Source: the human T2T-CHM13v2.0 reference genome, Homo sapiens | DNA: 64,000 nt | Strand: one strand, 5' to 3' | NCBI RefSeq assembly: GCF_009914755.1 | Contig: NC_060927.1 | Shown: one piece after another, positions 44,436-60,889 of the stretch | Position numbering within the stretch: position 1 is the first letter of the stretch | Layout of the letters: every line of letters starts with the position of its first letter | Translations under genes and position numbers: made by a program | The notes under the pieces: model-generated | What the model saw: only the letters and a program-made list of their open reading frames with translations | Databases searched by the model: none | Told to the model about the DNA's origin: nothing

Positions 44436-44503
44436 GCACATAGTACATGTTCGCACATAGTACATGTTCGCACATAGTACATGTTCGCACATAGTACATG
44501 TTC
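44436..44503. repeat. Perfect 4 x 17-bp minisatellite
   Basis: (GCACATAGTACATGTTC)4. Confidence 0.97.
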
Positions 44504-45477
44504 ATATATAGTTAATTGATTTATTTATTCTAATCAGAAGTTGTCTCTAGGCTTCATAACTATGAAGAACAGTAGACAAAACTGTCATTTGAGGAAGCCT
44601 AGAATAAACAGAGAGCCCTGGGGAAATGCATTACCATCTTTTTCCAGCAATTTCCAAAAGAGTCTGCTTTCTGGGTCTGTATTTCAAAAAGGAAATAATT
44701 TCTGAGGGGAAAAGTCTTATTGGAAGGTATCTTAAAGGTAACCTACTTCAACCAGAAATAAGACATATGAGTCCCCTTCAAACACCAATGTTTGAACATC
44801 TCAGAGAACACATCAATTACTGGTACATGGAGCTTTTTCTATTCCTGACAATTAGAGCCTTCTCTTTTACTGGGCCAAAATCAATCTCTCAGTACTCTTC
44901 ATGTAGCTGTCCCTTGAGGGCCTTAATAATGCAATTTCTGATAAAAAGCAACTTGATACATACTTCATTTCATCAGTATCTTTTTGAATGTGAATACTAT
45001 GACAATTTTTTCAGTTACTATTTTATTATTCAGAATCCCCTCTAGCTTTTCACATTCCTAAATGTAACAAAAAATTTAATTGAGTGAAAATGTTTTAAGT
45101 GTTTTACAGAATAATAACTTGTAATTCATTGCTGATGAAATTCTAAATGAACATTCAGATATTTCATGCTTAGTTGCAGCATATGACCTAAGTGAACCGT
45201 ACACTATAATGAATCCCATTTAGATGTACGATAATTTAGGAACTCAGACACCAAAGATTAACTATAGGCATCATAGGATAGAAATAATCAGGAGATCTGC
45301 CTTCTAATCCCATTTCTGTCACTTATCCTGTGAGTTAGGGCTATTTCTTTCTGTGCAAAATTGAAGGCACCAAAATATATGCTCTGATACTTCTTTTGGC
45401 TTAATATAAACTTGCAAAATCAAGAAAACTGAAAACCTTCATATTTCTAGTTTTTAAATCATGAATTTGTGACCAAC

Positions 45478-45658
45478 CAGTCCATGCTCTGAGAGGTAAC
45501 TGAACAGGTGACATTGGTGGAGAAAGATTCAAACCAACAAGTTTCTGCTGCTCTATCAACTGCAGTAGTTTTCCACGAGCCTCCATACTTTGTCGATTCA
45601 ATTCTGCAATCCGTTCCTCCATACTACCTGGTGTTAGAGACTGTGCTACTGGAAAAGT
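45478..45658 (-). CDS. SPICE1: SPICE1 coding exon (coiled coil)
   Basis: T-tract then cccaaag|ACT acceptor and CTG|gttggt donor. Translates [39 protein letters not shown]...RAWT. Confidence 0.93.
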
Positions 45659-45699
45659 CTTTGGGAGAAAAAAAAAAAAAAGTACAAATTGAATACTGA

Positions 45700-45972
<273 letters not shown>

Positions 45973-47361
45973 TCTCACACAATTTTGACTTACTAATGGC
46001 CAGCAAGTTAGTATTCATAGCCCTTATTATATATAAATGTGAATAGTGAGCACACAATAGAATTTACAGTCCCTTTAAGCATATATTCTGGGAAAAGCTT
46101 TTCTGTATCTCTTAGTATCTGCAGAGCTGCACAAAAGATCACATGAGCAAAGAGACTGCTCCAAGTGAGCTGGTCTCTAAGTAAATGCCACACATCTTTG
46201 AAGACAGATCTGCAGTTTGACAGATTACAAAAGAGGATCTGCTATCTTGGAAACAGAAGTTTCTATAATTACAGGCTTCAAATATGCACCATTTGGCAAA
46301 GATTCTGGGAATCTTGTCACTCCTTCTAACCATATGTCAGCCTCCCCAAGCCACTTTTGGCCTAAGGTATCTGATTCAAGAATAGTTGGTGATTGGAAAG
46401 AAATATGAGAGGTAGGGTAAAAAATAGCCGCCCAAAAAATATAGCATAAATTTAATTTGAAAATTCCCCCCCCAAATGTGCTTATGTCATTCCTAATTAT
46501 TTCATTATTCCTAATTATGTCATTATTTCAGTCCTAGTTATTTCATTTCTCTTTGGAAAAAAATAATCCCTAATAAAAATCACTGATTTTTAGCTTATGT
46601 CTATTAGTAATAAATAAATAAATAAATAGGAAAATCAGTATGAATTAAAGATCATTTTGTATTTCCAATTAAAACAAAAGAGGGTAGTGAAGACAGAAAT
46701 ATTAGATAGTCCCTTCCAGCTTGATCTACATACTAATTAGAAAAGGAGGCAAGCAAAACATTAGACTCTGCTGTCTTTTTTAAACCAAGAGTTGCCTGTT
46801 ATGAATAATCTTCAAAACTACAAATATATAAATGCCTCCCAGTGACTCAAAATTGAGGCAGTTGATATTTACTTATATACACCACTACCAATGGCTGGCT
46901 GCTCCCTACTAGCAATATTCCTTTCTGGCTCCTCTTCTGCCAGTTCCTTCTGTCTACTTCTATGATTCAATACCCATATTGTCCTTATTCCCCATGACCC
47001 AGTGCTGACAGAGATGGCCCTTACCCTATGACTCACCTCACCCTAACCTTCCTCACCAAAGCCCTCCAACCCACTGTTGTTAAAGCCCTTATGAACACAG
47101 CCACCTCACGAGCTTCTAATCCCCAGTGACAGTGCCCAGCTCCTCCTATCAGAAACTTGACAGGAGCGGCCTTGGCTCTAGAAGGGGTAAAAGAAAGTGT
47201 CTACCATCACTGGAACCAGCATTTGGAGCTCTTTTATAAACCCTCCCTAGCTGGAATTTAGACTCCCTATCTCCCCCAGAAACAACGAAATGAAGGTTTA
47301 AGTTACCAGGTTAGCCCACAAAGTTTATTTAACTTACAAAACTCCTGCACTATAAAATGCA

Positions 47362-47515
47362 GACCTTTGCTACTCAAAGCGTGGTCCTCAGACTAGCAGC
47401 ACTGGCATCACTTGGGAACTTATTAGAAATGCACAGGTCCTACCCTAGACCTACTCAATCAGAAACCACATTTCAGCAAGATCCCCAGATGATTAATATG
47501 TATATTAAAGTCTGG
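47362..47515. mobile_element. MER5A-like
   Basis: ctactcaaagcgtggtcc...cagacctact...atcagaaac...caagatcccc. Confidence 0.7.
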
Positions 47516-47544
47516 CTTTAATAATCCTTTAAAACATTATTTCT

Positions 47545-48194
<650 letters not shown>

Positions 48195-48608
48195 CTATGT
48201 CCTCAAAAATTAACTACTCATGAGTTGAGGGCCAATACTCTTTTATGAGCCATTTTAAAAATAAAAATATTTTCAATTAACATGTGGCTGTGTGGCAAAC
48301 ATTCAAGTAACATTAATTCTATATTTTATACCTAAAACTTCATTCCTAACTTAATCTTAGCTTTCCTACGCATTTTATCTTTGTCCTATTTTCATTTATA
48401 TAATTTCCCTTTTATGCTGTCTTGTATTGTATGTACAACAGACTGATAAATAACTTGGACCTATTGTATTGAGGACATGCCAAACATAAGCCATCTAGCC
48501 TCAAAGCTTTCTAGGATCACTTCTGAAAAGAAGTTTCTTAAGTTGCCCAAGCTAAAGTTCCTATTTAAATTCCTATATGTCCCTAATCAATCCTTAAATG
48601 GTACTCAC

Positions 48609-49093
48609 AGAAGTCATGTCACTTGCACTTTCTTGTTTGTTCAACTCCCGGAGTCCATCCCCTTGCTCTCCTCTGGGCTCAATAATATTATTCATATGTG
48701 CCTTGATAGCTGAATTCTGCAATGTCAAATCAGCAATTCGTGTCATTATGTCCTTTCTTTGTATTAATGACTCATTTGTTCTCAGCTGCTGCCCATCTCC
48801 CAGTACTGGGAGCTCTTCTGAGAATGTGGGGCTTCTTGACTGTTGAGTGTTGGAATGGGAATTGCAGAGGGGCTGTGAGAGGTTAACAAAAGGAGCCTGA
48901 GTTTTGTTCTCCAAATCTTCTCCCATGTGAGAGACTCTCCATCTCTGAGTGAAGAGACGATTCTCTTCACTTGAATTCTGAATGTCTGTATCAATAGGTA
49001 AGGTCTTCTCTTCCCAATTTTGTTCCTTCTCAATTATTTCCACAGTTGGAGGAAGTCGTGGAGCAGGACGAGTTTGAACAGTCCTTCTCAATA
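48609..49093 (-). CDS. SPICE1: SPICE1 large coding exon (485 nt)
   Basis: ctatag|TA acceptor and TCT|gtgagt donor. Corresponds to ORF 48594..49091 ([15 protein letters not shown]...SASDMTS). Confidence 0.95.
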
Positions 49094-49535
49094 CTATAGA
49101 TAAGAATTTAAAAATAACAAATATGTATTATTTTCCCATAGATTGGCACTATACTCATTTCATTAGCCCACCATGGTAGTTAGAAAAGTATTTCAGTAGA
49201 AGGGTTTGGCTTCTGAATGCTTAAACTATTTTCAGCAGAGAACACACCAGCAATGCCGCCCCTCGTAATCAAGTACAGAGACTTTTTACATTCCTTAAAG
49301 CATTTGTTAGTACCCTTGTGAAAAACCATCTGTCAAGTTCACATTTTAACGCATATATTAACTCACATCTGGGAATCTTGGGGAATGAGGAAGTGGGTAT
49401 AAGTACCCAATTTAAACAGCAGATAACCAGGAAAGGCCTCTCTGAGGAAGTAAAATTTTTAAATGATTACATATGTAATAGGAACTGAGCAAAGGACATT
49501 ACAGGCAGAAAATGACTGCCTTTAGGGGTATGTAC

Positions 49536-50315
<780 letters not shown>

Positions 50316-50523
50316 GTACTTTTTAAAAAACCATATACAAATATGAATTCGAATGAACACTTTAAAATAAAGGATGAATGGGAGATCAGAAAATGAAATG
50401 AAACTGCACACCAATACACACAGACACACACACCCACTACTCGTTCAAGAAGCATGGCTGTAAAGAAAAGCAGAAATAAATCAATAGCTAGAGGAAAATA
50501 TTTATGATGGGAAATTCTACAGC

Positions 50524-50731
50524 AATAGTGTCCAATATGGCAGCCTCTAGCTATATGTGGCTATTCAAATTTAAGTTAATTAAAATTAAATAAAATTTAA
50601 AATTCAGTTTCTCAGTCACATAAGCCACATATCAGGTGCTCACTAGCCCCATGCAGCCAGTGGCCACCATTCTGGATGGAGCAGACACAGAACATTTTCA
50701 TCAACCCAGAAAATTCTATTAGACAAAGCTA
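50524..50731. mobile_element. MER3-like hAT element
   Basis: Homologous to 2427-2636. Confidence 0.75.
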
Positions 50732-52278
50732 TCCTAAAAGAGAACTGAATGCTGATGAAGGGCCCTATGTATCACCCATTTTCATCTGCATATTCTGTTT
50801 AACTGAATAATTCTTTATATGTGAGTATTCCAAACAATGCTTGAAAAATATAATAAAACATCACCAATTCAAATACATATTCACAAGCAGCTGTCTGCAC
50901 ATTATAAAATAAATGGGCAGTTATTTTAAATACAAACTTGCTGAAGATATTAACAAAATGTTGTCTATAGCAATCCCTGACAAATTTGCTTTAACAAGCA
51001 TTTAGTACGGTTGTGATCAGAGTAAACATATTTATTGTAACTGAAGCCCTCTGAAGAGGAAATACTGAATCATACAATGATAGAGCTGGAGGGAACATTA
51101 AAGATAAAGAAATATCTTCTCATTTCATAGATGGAAAAACTTAGGTCTAGAAAAGGTAAACTATCTGAGCCTCATGCCTCACAGCTAGTCAACAATAAAC
51201 GGGCCAAGATACCAGCACGTCTGACTCTCAGCCTGGCACTGTCACCATTGCACCATACTGATCTGACAAATGCTACATCTGCATTATAAATACCAAAACA
51301 GAATTTTTAATAGCAAGGATTTGCCATTTTCTTTAACCCCTGGGCTTCTTCGTGTCCTTTATTGGAAACATACATCAAAGTGCAGAAAATTGCACAAAAT
51401 TTGTATGTCCCAATAATAATAAACAGTTATTTTTCTGTTCCCCTGTGTAAAAATAAAAAAAAAAAACTTGTCAAAGAAATAAAAATTCAGGCTAATCAGA
51501 CCTGAATAATATTTTTCAAAAAACTTTGGAAGAGAGTTTAAGATGGTGGTTCTTTTTTTGACTAAAGACCTCTTTAAAAATGAAATAAAAACAATAGCTC
51601 CAGAAAAAATGTACATGGGGACAAATAAATTTAATCTTCCCAACAATGAGGTAGTCCATGGAACTTCTGAAGACCATTCATGAACCCTAAGTTAAGAATC
51701 TTTGAGCTAAGAATAATATATTCTTAACATGTTTATTCAAAACTCTACCTGTGAGCTGCAAGAGTAACTCTAAAGCTATTTTTAATTGTCCATTAACTTT
51801 TATTATAAAATTGCCTCAACTAACTGAGCTGAAAACTTTTGATGAGAAAGAGGTGAATATAATGACCAGATGTCACTTACAAGACCCTTAAAGTCACAGT
51901 TTTCACCTTTCCTTAGTCTAACTTTCATTACTCTTTGGAGTATAATCTCCTGCTTCTAACTCTTTGAAATGCTCCTGGACCATAGGGACAAAAGGGATTC
52001 CCCTTACTCTGCATCTTAATGCTAAGGACTCTGATCTTTTGATCTGAGTTTAATACTTACAATGTTTAATAAAATAGATATACAATAAAATTAATTAAAT
52101 GTCACACATGACCACAGGTATGATACACATAGCATGAAAATTCTTCCTTCAGCTTAAAGGCTATGTGTGGTAATCAGTGTCTTTTTCAATTCTGTTTTTC
52201 ATGTAATGGTGAAAGTAATACATTGCACAAATGAAACATTAAAAAACAACTTTCATGTAACTTTAGAAGAAGACTTAC

Positions 52279-52500
52279 CGTCCTGAAGAGGAGAGAATTT
52301 TAAGTTGCTCTTCTGCCTGGGTGGTGTTAACAACACAGCTGGCTCAAAAATATGTGCTGGAAAATTCTTGGCCAGATTCATGTTATCTGGAGGGTCTGGC
52401 ACCTGAGACAGTTTAACAGGCAACTCTTCCTGTGGGAATTCAGCCACTTCCTCTCTGAACATCAATGGCACTGAGACATTGGCATTTACAACTGGACGCT
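52279..52500 (-). CDS. SPICE1: SPICE1 coding exon
   Basis: cttcag|AG acceptor and ACG|gtaagt donor. Translates [18 protein letters not shown]...KFSPLQD. Confidence 0.94.
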
Positions 52501-52804
52501 CTGAAGAAGATGAGAGGATATTAGTACAATAGGAACAAAAAGAAACTATGAGCACATTTCAGGTATTTATTCTTAAATGCATCTCAGTAGAGTGCAAAAT
52601 CCACATGAATCAACATAGCTCCTGGAGCCTTCACTTTCTAGGCTGTATCCTCCTCTGCCAATCATTCATGGGCAGGCTCCTGGGGGGCTAGTACTGAGAA
52701 GTTACTATTTTTGAGAAAATCACTAAGGCCTCAAAGCCATGAAAAGCGAGCCAGTTAGGGACTCCTAAAAAATCCTATGTGGCATTCCAGAGTTTGTCTT
52801 TTCC

Positions 52805-53018
52805 ATTTTTCCTTTTTTTCACACAGAGTCTCACTCTGTCACCCAGGCTGAAGTGCAGTGGAGCGATCTTGGCTCACTGAAGCCTCGACCTCCCAGGCTC
52901 CAGTGATCTTCCCACCTCAGCCTCCCGAGTAGCTGGGACTATAGGCATGCACCATCACACCCAGCTAATTTTTTGTATTCGTTGTAAAGACGGGGTTCAC
53001 CATGCTGCCTAGGCTGGT
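52805..53018 (-). mobile_element. AluJ, 5'-truncated
   Basis: Right arm plus part of left arm. Confidence 0.85.
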
Positions 53019-53301
53019 AGAATTTTTCATTATTTGTTATGGATAGCTTTTTAATGGTCATCACAAGTAACAAAATGGCTAAAATGGGTCATATTAATGC
53101 ACTGACCTCCATATATAAGGCTCATTACAAAACAAGGAACTTCACAGGTCATGCATTATCACAACATAGTCACATTCCATAGTATTTTAAAAGAGTTACA
53201 AGAGCTGAGACTCAGGAAGATATTACATAAATCTTTGGTCTCACCAACATAAATCTTTCTGACTTTTTCCACAGGCAATAACAAGAATTAACAATAATTC
53301 T

Positions 53302-54534
53302 GGCTCCCTCTCCCGTCTCCCTCTCCCGTCTCCCTCTCCTCTTTGCACGTCTCCCTCTGATGCCCAGCCGAGGCTGGACTGTACTGCCGCCATCTCGACT
53401 CACTGCAACCTCCCTGCCTGATTCTCCTGCCTCAGCCTGCCAAGTGCCTGGGATTGCAGGCACGCGCCACCACACCTGACTGGTTTTCGTATTTTTTGGT
53501 GGAGACGGGGTTTCGCCATGTTGGCCGGGCTGGTCTCCAGCTCCTGACCGCGAGTGATCTGCCAGCCTTGGCCTCCCGAGGTGCCGGGATTGCAGACGGA
53601 GTCTCGCTCACTCAGTGCTCAATGTTGCCCAGGCTGGAGTGCAGTGGCGTGATTTCGGCTCGCTACAACCTCCACCTCCCAGCCACCTGCCTTGGCCTCC
53701 CAAAGTGCCGAGATTGCAGCCTCTGCCCGGCCGCCACCCCGTCTAGGAAGTGAGGAGCGTCTCTGCCTGGCCGCCCGTCGTCTGGGATGTAAGGAGCCCC
53801 TCTGCCCGGCCGCCCAGTCTGGGAAGTGAGGAGCACCTCTTCCCGGCCATCATCCCGTCTAGGAAGTGAGGAGCATCTCTGCCTGGCCGCCCATCGTCTG
53901 GGATGTGGGGAGCGTCTCTGCCCCGCTGCCCCGTCTGAGAGGTGAAGAGCGCCTCTGCCCGGCCGCCCCGTCTGGGAAGTGAGGAGCCCCTCTGCCCGGC
54001 CGCCACCCCGTCTGGGAGGTGTACCCAACAGCTCATTGAGAACGGGCCATGATGACGATGGCGGTTTTGTCGAATAGAAAAGGGGGAAATGTGGGGAAAA
54101 GAAAGAGAGATCAGATTGTTACTGTGTCTGTGTAGAAAGAAGTAGACATAGGAGACTCCATTTTGTTCTGTACTAAGAAAAATTCTTCTGCCTTGGGATG
54201 CTGTTAATCTATAACCTTACCCCCAACCCCCTGCTCTCTGAAATACGTGCTGTGTCCACTAAGGGTTAAACGGATTAAGGGCAGTGCAAGATGTGCTTTG
54301 TTAAACAGATGCTTGAAAGCAGCATACTCGTTAAGAGTCATCACCACTCCCTAATCTCAAGTACCCAGGGACACAAACACTGCGGAAGGAGGCAAGGCCC
54401 TCTGCCTAGGAAAACCAGAGACCTTTGTTCACATGTTTATCTGCTGACCTTCCCTCCACTATTGTCCTACGACCCTGCCAAATCCCCCTCTCCGAGAAAC
54501 ACCCAAGAATGATCAATAAATACTAAAAAAAATT

Positions 54535-54565
<31 letters not shown>

Positions 54566-54567
54566 AA
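53302..54567 (+). mobile_element. SVA retrotransposon (old, SVA_A/B-like)
   Basis: Short CT-rich head, antisense Alu-like domain, GC-rich VNTR (about 53715-54020), SINE-R, AATAAA, (AAAAC)n tail; TSD aacaataattct at 53290 and 54568. Confidence 0.95.
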
Positions 54568-54705
54568 AACAATAATTCTACAATATATTTACTCCCAGCC
54601 CTTCTTACCTATAGGATAATTAAAAGCTTTCTCAGTAGTGAAGCTTAATTCAGATAATAGTAAAACACTAACATATTCCTTGACTGAGATATTAATAGCA
54701 AGACT

Positions 54706-55005
54706 TGCCAGGTGCGGTGGCTCACGCCTGTAATCCCAACACTTTGGGAGGCCAAGGCAGGCGGATCATGAAGTCAGGAGTTCGAGACCAGGCTGGCCAA
54801 CATGGTGAAACCCCGTCTCTACTAAAAACACAAAAATCAGCCAGGTGTGGTGGCAGGCGCCTATAATCCCAGCTACTCAGTAGGCTGAGGCAGGAGAATC
54901 GCTTGAAACTGGAAGGCGGAGGTTGCAGTAAGCCGAGAGGGCGCCACTACACTCCAGCCTGGGTGACAGAGCGAAACTCCATCTCAAAAAGAAAAAAAAA
55001 AAAAA
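54706..55005 (+). mobile_element. AluS
   Basis: Full dimer; TSD aatagcaagact. Confidence 0.93.
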
Positions 55006-55720
55006 AATAGCAAGACTCCACCAGAAGACAGAGATGTGCCCTAGCCAATGAGTTTACCTCATGCAAGTTAAATTTTGGTCAGCCACTTCTTAGAATCCAT
55101 CCTAAGAAAACGGTTTTAAATACATAAAACACTTTTCTTACAGATACTCATCAAAGTCTTACTTAAAAGTAAAACACATGAAAAAACCAAAATGTCCAAT
55201 TCAGCCTATAGCATATGATGGCACATGAGATGAAGGAAGAATTTCAAAATAACAACACTATCACACATGAACAAAAGTTATGAATTTCTAAAACTCAGTA
55301 TTTTTCTCTTTCCAAAACCATCTCTTCTAAATCTAGAGCACTGGGATTAAAAGTGCTAGCACTCTCTTTGGTCTAGGTGTCCAGTTCTGCTACTTTCTAC
55401 CTGTATGACTTTGCTAAGTTACCAACCCTCTCTCAGCCTGTTTCCTCTAAGGATAACACCAATGGGGATAACAATAACACCTACCTCATCAGACTATTAT
55501 GACACGAATTGAAATTATGCATGTAAGACTTAACAAGTATCTGGCATAGAGCATGCATCCAATATTAGCTGGAAAAGTAGTGGCAACTGTAGTAGTGACA
55601 ATACTGTACATGCATAAACAGTCAATAAGTCTATATAAGTTTAGAGATTTAAGGTTTGGTTTGTTATCTAAGGCCATTAAGTAGTCTAATGACAGTCTGA
55701 GAGAGTAAGACCACACTCAC

Positions 55721-55868
55721 CTGGACTGTCCATAACTCTTCTACCTGTGGCTCCGCTTTCTGATGCCTGAATTTCTTGTCTGTTATTTATCACAGGACAG
55801 TTCTTAATAGCATGTGTGAGTGATATCAGTTGCTCATCTGTTGTGACCATGTACTGCTGAAGTCTTGC
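55721..55868 (-). CDS. SPICE1: SPICE1 coding exon
   Basis: ccccag|GCA acceptor and CAG|gtgagt donor. Translates [49 protein letters not shown]. Confidence 0.94.
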
Positions 55869-56979
55869 CTGGGGAGGAAAACATATGAAATAATATTATT
55901 AGCATATCAAACATCAAACCACCACCTAGAAAGCAAACCACACAAAGGATACGTGTGTTTAATATCATATCAATACATATCAAAGGATATGTATGTATAA
56001 TATCATCATTTTAAATACTTCAGGAATTTGAGACTTCAAATTAAAGCAATGCTATTTATAATTATAAATATTCTAATAGTTCCATGATAGGGAAATGGTT
56101 AAGTAAATCATGAAACAGTAATTAATAAATACCCTGCTATAACAATAAGAATTAACCTTTCTACAGGGCTTTCCATTTACAAAACCTCTTCATATAGATG
56201 TTTCAACTAACTCTTAAACTACCCCCAAGAGACACAGATACATGAGGTGGAGGAAACAATGAATATTACCCAGGCATTTAAACTGGTAAACATGAACAGC
56301 ACAAAATTCTGTATGTAATTAATATAAATATTAATTACAACTTGATTTTTACATACGTGCATGAGAGAGATAACACTATATTTTATATATGTATATAGAT
56401 ATTCTCATCTTTGTCTATATGTGTGTGTGTATATATATATATTTTTAATATTACATAAGGTTTTTTTTTTTCTATATTTAAAAGATCACCCACAAAATAC
56501 CATACCCATAGATTTACTTTCTGGCACAGAGCTGAATGTGTTCAGTGTTTAGAATTCCATTCTTACATGTAAAAGTCAAACAGATTGCCCAGAAGGTTAG
56601 ATGAATTTGTTTTGTTCTTAATCTTCTCTACAAGGATGATACAAGTATGTCATCTAAAAACATCAGGTTTGATCACTACCACATAATGCTCATCTAAGTT
56701 ATGTATTGGTGTTACACAAATGTTCCTAGAAGTAGAGAAGATTGCAGGTAGAAGGAACAAAAGGAGAGTTCTGTAAATTGCTGACACTCTGTAATAATAA
56801 CAAAGTAAGAAAACCCAAAGATGGCAGCTAGTAACAAACTTCTATCTAAGCATATATATATCTCTCATGTATGCTTAGAGAGATACAGACATTTGATAAA
56901 AGTCAGGTGCAGCCAGACTCAGAAATATTATTAATAGTACTGCTGAATGAAGTATAGTAAACATTTTTATACCACCAGC

Positions 56980-58500
56980 CCAAATTTTTTCCCAAATTTC
57001 ACACTCATATATCCAGTGGCCTACTCAACACCTCCATCTAGAACTGAAATAGACTTCTCAAACTTAAGATACATAAAGCCAAATTCCTCCTCAAGCCTTG
57101 TTTACCTCATAAATGGCAACTTCATCATTTTAATTATTCAGTCCAAAACTTTGGAATTACCCTTGACTCTTTTCCAATATCCTCTACTTCACTCCACATC
57201 CAATAAATTAGCAGACTGCATTGGTCAGCCTTCAAAATATATTCATAACTTGATCACTTTTCACACCCTCTCCCACTTCCACCCTAGACCAAGCTGCCAT
57301 GTCTCACCTGAACTATTCCAATAACTCCTCATGTAATATTCTGCTTTTTGGCCACCTACTCTAGTCCCATACTGTTCCCAAACTGTTTGCTGAGGCACCT
57401 CAGGGCACTAAAGTGAACTTACAGGGGCACCGGGGAAAATTTAAATCTTCAAGGGAAATAGTGATGCCTGCCATCTATCAGACACTGGTGAACTATTAGC
57501 TCAGGACAGTTCACAATTTCAATGTCAGATTCCATTACATTCCTTTTGAGGATGTCAAATCTTCTCATGGCTGGGTTTTCAGCAGTTGCTAGGTTAAAAA
57601 AACAAGTTCTGGAGGAAAATCAGTGTGGAACAGGAAATAAGAATGATTGTGTCCCACATGATTCCAAGCTTTGAGAAGTGGTACAGTGCTCAAAAGGTAC
57701 ATATAACCCATTAGTAAATAATTGTAGTTATTTAAGAGAAAGTATTACTTTTTCTCAAACAGCCCCTCAGTTGTTAGGACATAGTTGTTTGGACTCAACA
57801 ACTTAGTAAGTAGAACTGTTTTTGGCCTAGTAGAACTGTTTTGTTATAAGACACTAAGGGCACGCGACCCAAGAAAGGGCACCAATCTCTGATCTAGTTT
57901 CAACACAGCCCAGAGTGATCCTCTTAAACCCAAGACAAATCACGTCTCTTCTCTTTAGTGGTTTCCCATCTCACTCAGCATAAAAGCCCATATCTTTAAC
58001 CATCATGCAAGGCGCTATGTAATTGGGCTTACCTGATCTTGTCTCCTGCCTCTCTCTCTTCCTCTTCCTCATACTCTACTCTTGCCACACTGATCTCCTT
58101 GATGACTCTAAGCTCACCAGTCACACTCCCACCGCAAGACCTTCGCACTTGCTTTTCCTCTGCCCAGACTGCTCTTCTCTCAGCTACCCACATGCTCACT
58201 CCTCGCCTCTTCCAGGTCTTGGCTCAAATGTCACTTCCTCAGACAGGCATGGCCCATCTCATTTGTAACTGCATCCTACCCCATCCTATGCATTTCCTGT
58301 GCCTTTATGTGCTTTATTTTTCTTCAAAGTACATATCACCATCTAACTTACTATACTTCAACTTTTTGTTTTTAGGATTTATTTAGAATGTAAGCTCCAT
58401 GAGGGCAAAGTTTTCTATATTTTGTTCACTATTCTATTTCCTGTACCTAGAACAGTACCAGGCCCACAGCAGGTGTTCAACAAAGATTTGTTAAGTAAAT
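56980..58500 (+). mobile_element. L2 interrupted by a DNA transposon
   Basis: L2 motifs, including 3' end agaatgtaagctccatgagggca...cctagaacagt...tgttcaacaaagatttgtt. Confidence 0.75.
57367..57892. mobile_element. MER119-like hAT-Charlie element
   Basis: gttcccaaactgt...gaggcacc...gctgggttttcagcagttgc...gaaaatcagtgtggaacaggaaat; flanked by tctag on both sides. Confidence 0.7.
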
Positions 58501-58504
58501 TAGT

Positions 58505-59335
<831 letters not shown>

Positions 59336-59349
59336 TGTGTGTGGTTTCA

Positions 59350-59658
<309 letters not shown>

Positions 59659-59931
59659 CTATATTATCAATTTTAAAAAATTATACATCTACATCTAATG
59701 TCCATTAACACAAACATAATTTATCTTCTAACTATTACTTGTCTAGTCTCTTCTGGCTGATAAATAAAAGTAATAATAACCATCATATGAGAACAAAAAA
59801 GATGAATAAAATAGACTGTGTACACTCAAGAAGCATACAGTCTCAGTAACAAGTACACATATAAGTATAAAACAATTTGATAAATGCAATAATACCAATA
59901 TCCAGACAGTATCAGAAGTGCACAAAGAAGC

Positions 59932-60221
59932 AAGGTGCAGTGGCTCATGCCTGTAATCCCAGCACTTTCGAGGGCCAAGGCGGGCGAATAGCTTGAGCCC
60001 TGGAGTTCGAGACCAGCCTGGGCAACATGGTGAAACCCCATCTCTACAAAACATAAAAAGTTAGCTGGGTATGGTGGTGTGCACCTGTAGTCCCAGCGAC
60101 TTGGGAGGCTAAGGTGGGAGGATCACTTGAGCCCAGGAGGTCCAGGCTGCAATGAACTCATGCCACTGCACTCCATCCTGGGTGACAGAGTGAGACACCA
60201 TCTCAAAAAAAAAAAAAAAAA
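59932..60221 (+). mobile_element. AluJ
   Basis: Dimer with A-tail; degenerate TSD aagt(g/t)cacaaag. Confidence 0.9.
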
Positions 60222-60757
60222 GTTCACAAAGGAAGAATGCTCAATGCAGCATGGAAGCAATAGGTTTTCCAGAAGAGAATGGTGTAAGTCTTTTAAAAAA
60301 GAAAAGGAGCAATTAGTCAAGCAGCAAAGAGGACTTTATGTAACAAATATGAAGATACTGTGAACAACTGTAAATGGCTCTGATATAATTGCAAAAGGAC
60401 TCCTCAAAGGCTACCTTCTGCTGTTTTGAAATTAAAAGTGGCTGTCATAACACTCATTTCACATTTTGGATTAACTACTGTAACACTTGTAGTTATAATT
60501 TAAATGTAGACTCTGTCTTCCCACTAAATAGTAAGTCTCTTGAAGACAGGAAGACAGTCCATATACTACTTCCAAGCTTCTACTATAGTACTTCCATGTA
60601 ATAAATGTTCAATAATACCTGCCACTGATGATAAAAATGACTGATAAGTAATCACATCGATACAGTTAAACCAAAAGCAACTCTAAGAGAATCCAGTACA
60701 TGTTTAAAGATGTTTTATACCACTGAACACATAAAAATTGGGATCTCATCTGAGTAC

Positions 60758-60889
60758 CTGTGTAGCAGCGTTTTCTTCTCTAAGACGAAGAATTTCAGCT
60801 GTCAGAGCATCAATGAGCTCTCGATGATCACCTAATACTTGTTCCAGTTGTTGCCTTGTCTCTACTTCTTTACGTAGCTGGATCTCACT
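60758..60889 (-). CDS. SPICE1: SPICE1 coding exon (coiled coil)
   Basis: ttttgtag|AGT acceptor and CAG|gtactc donor. Translates [44 protein letters not shown]. Confidence 0.94.

Noticed and set aside
44436-44503. Direct repeats resembling a CRISPR array
   Set aside because: No spacers, eukaryotic context; it is a simple tandem repeat.
44626-45045. 139-aa plus-strand ORF (similarly 56947..57324, 23476..24154, 30847..31203)
   Set aside because: No recognisable domain; composition fits AT-rich intron, L2 or low-complexity sequence.
46880-47340. C-rich unassigned stretch, possibly an old LTR or coding relic
   Set aside because: No termini, TSD, ORF or splice pattern I could support; needs a Dfam search.
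48598-49033. Alternative-frame and antisense ORFs over the large SPICE1 exon
   Set aside because: Expected shadow ORFs with no independent start context or splice support.
53212-54512. GC-rich ORFs up to 121 aa
   Set aside because: They arise from SVA Alu-like, VNTR and SINE-R sequence.
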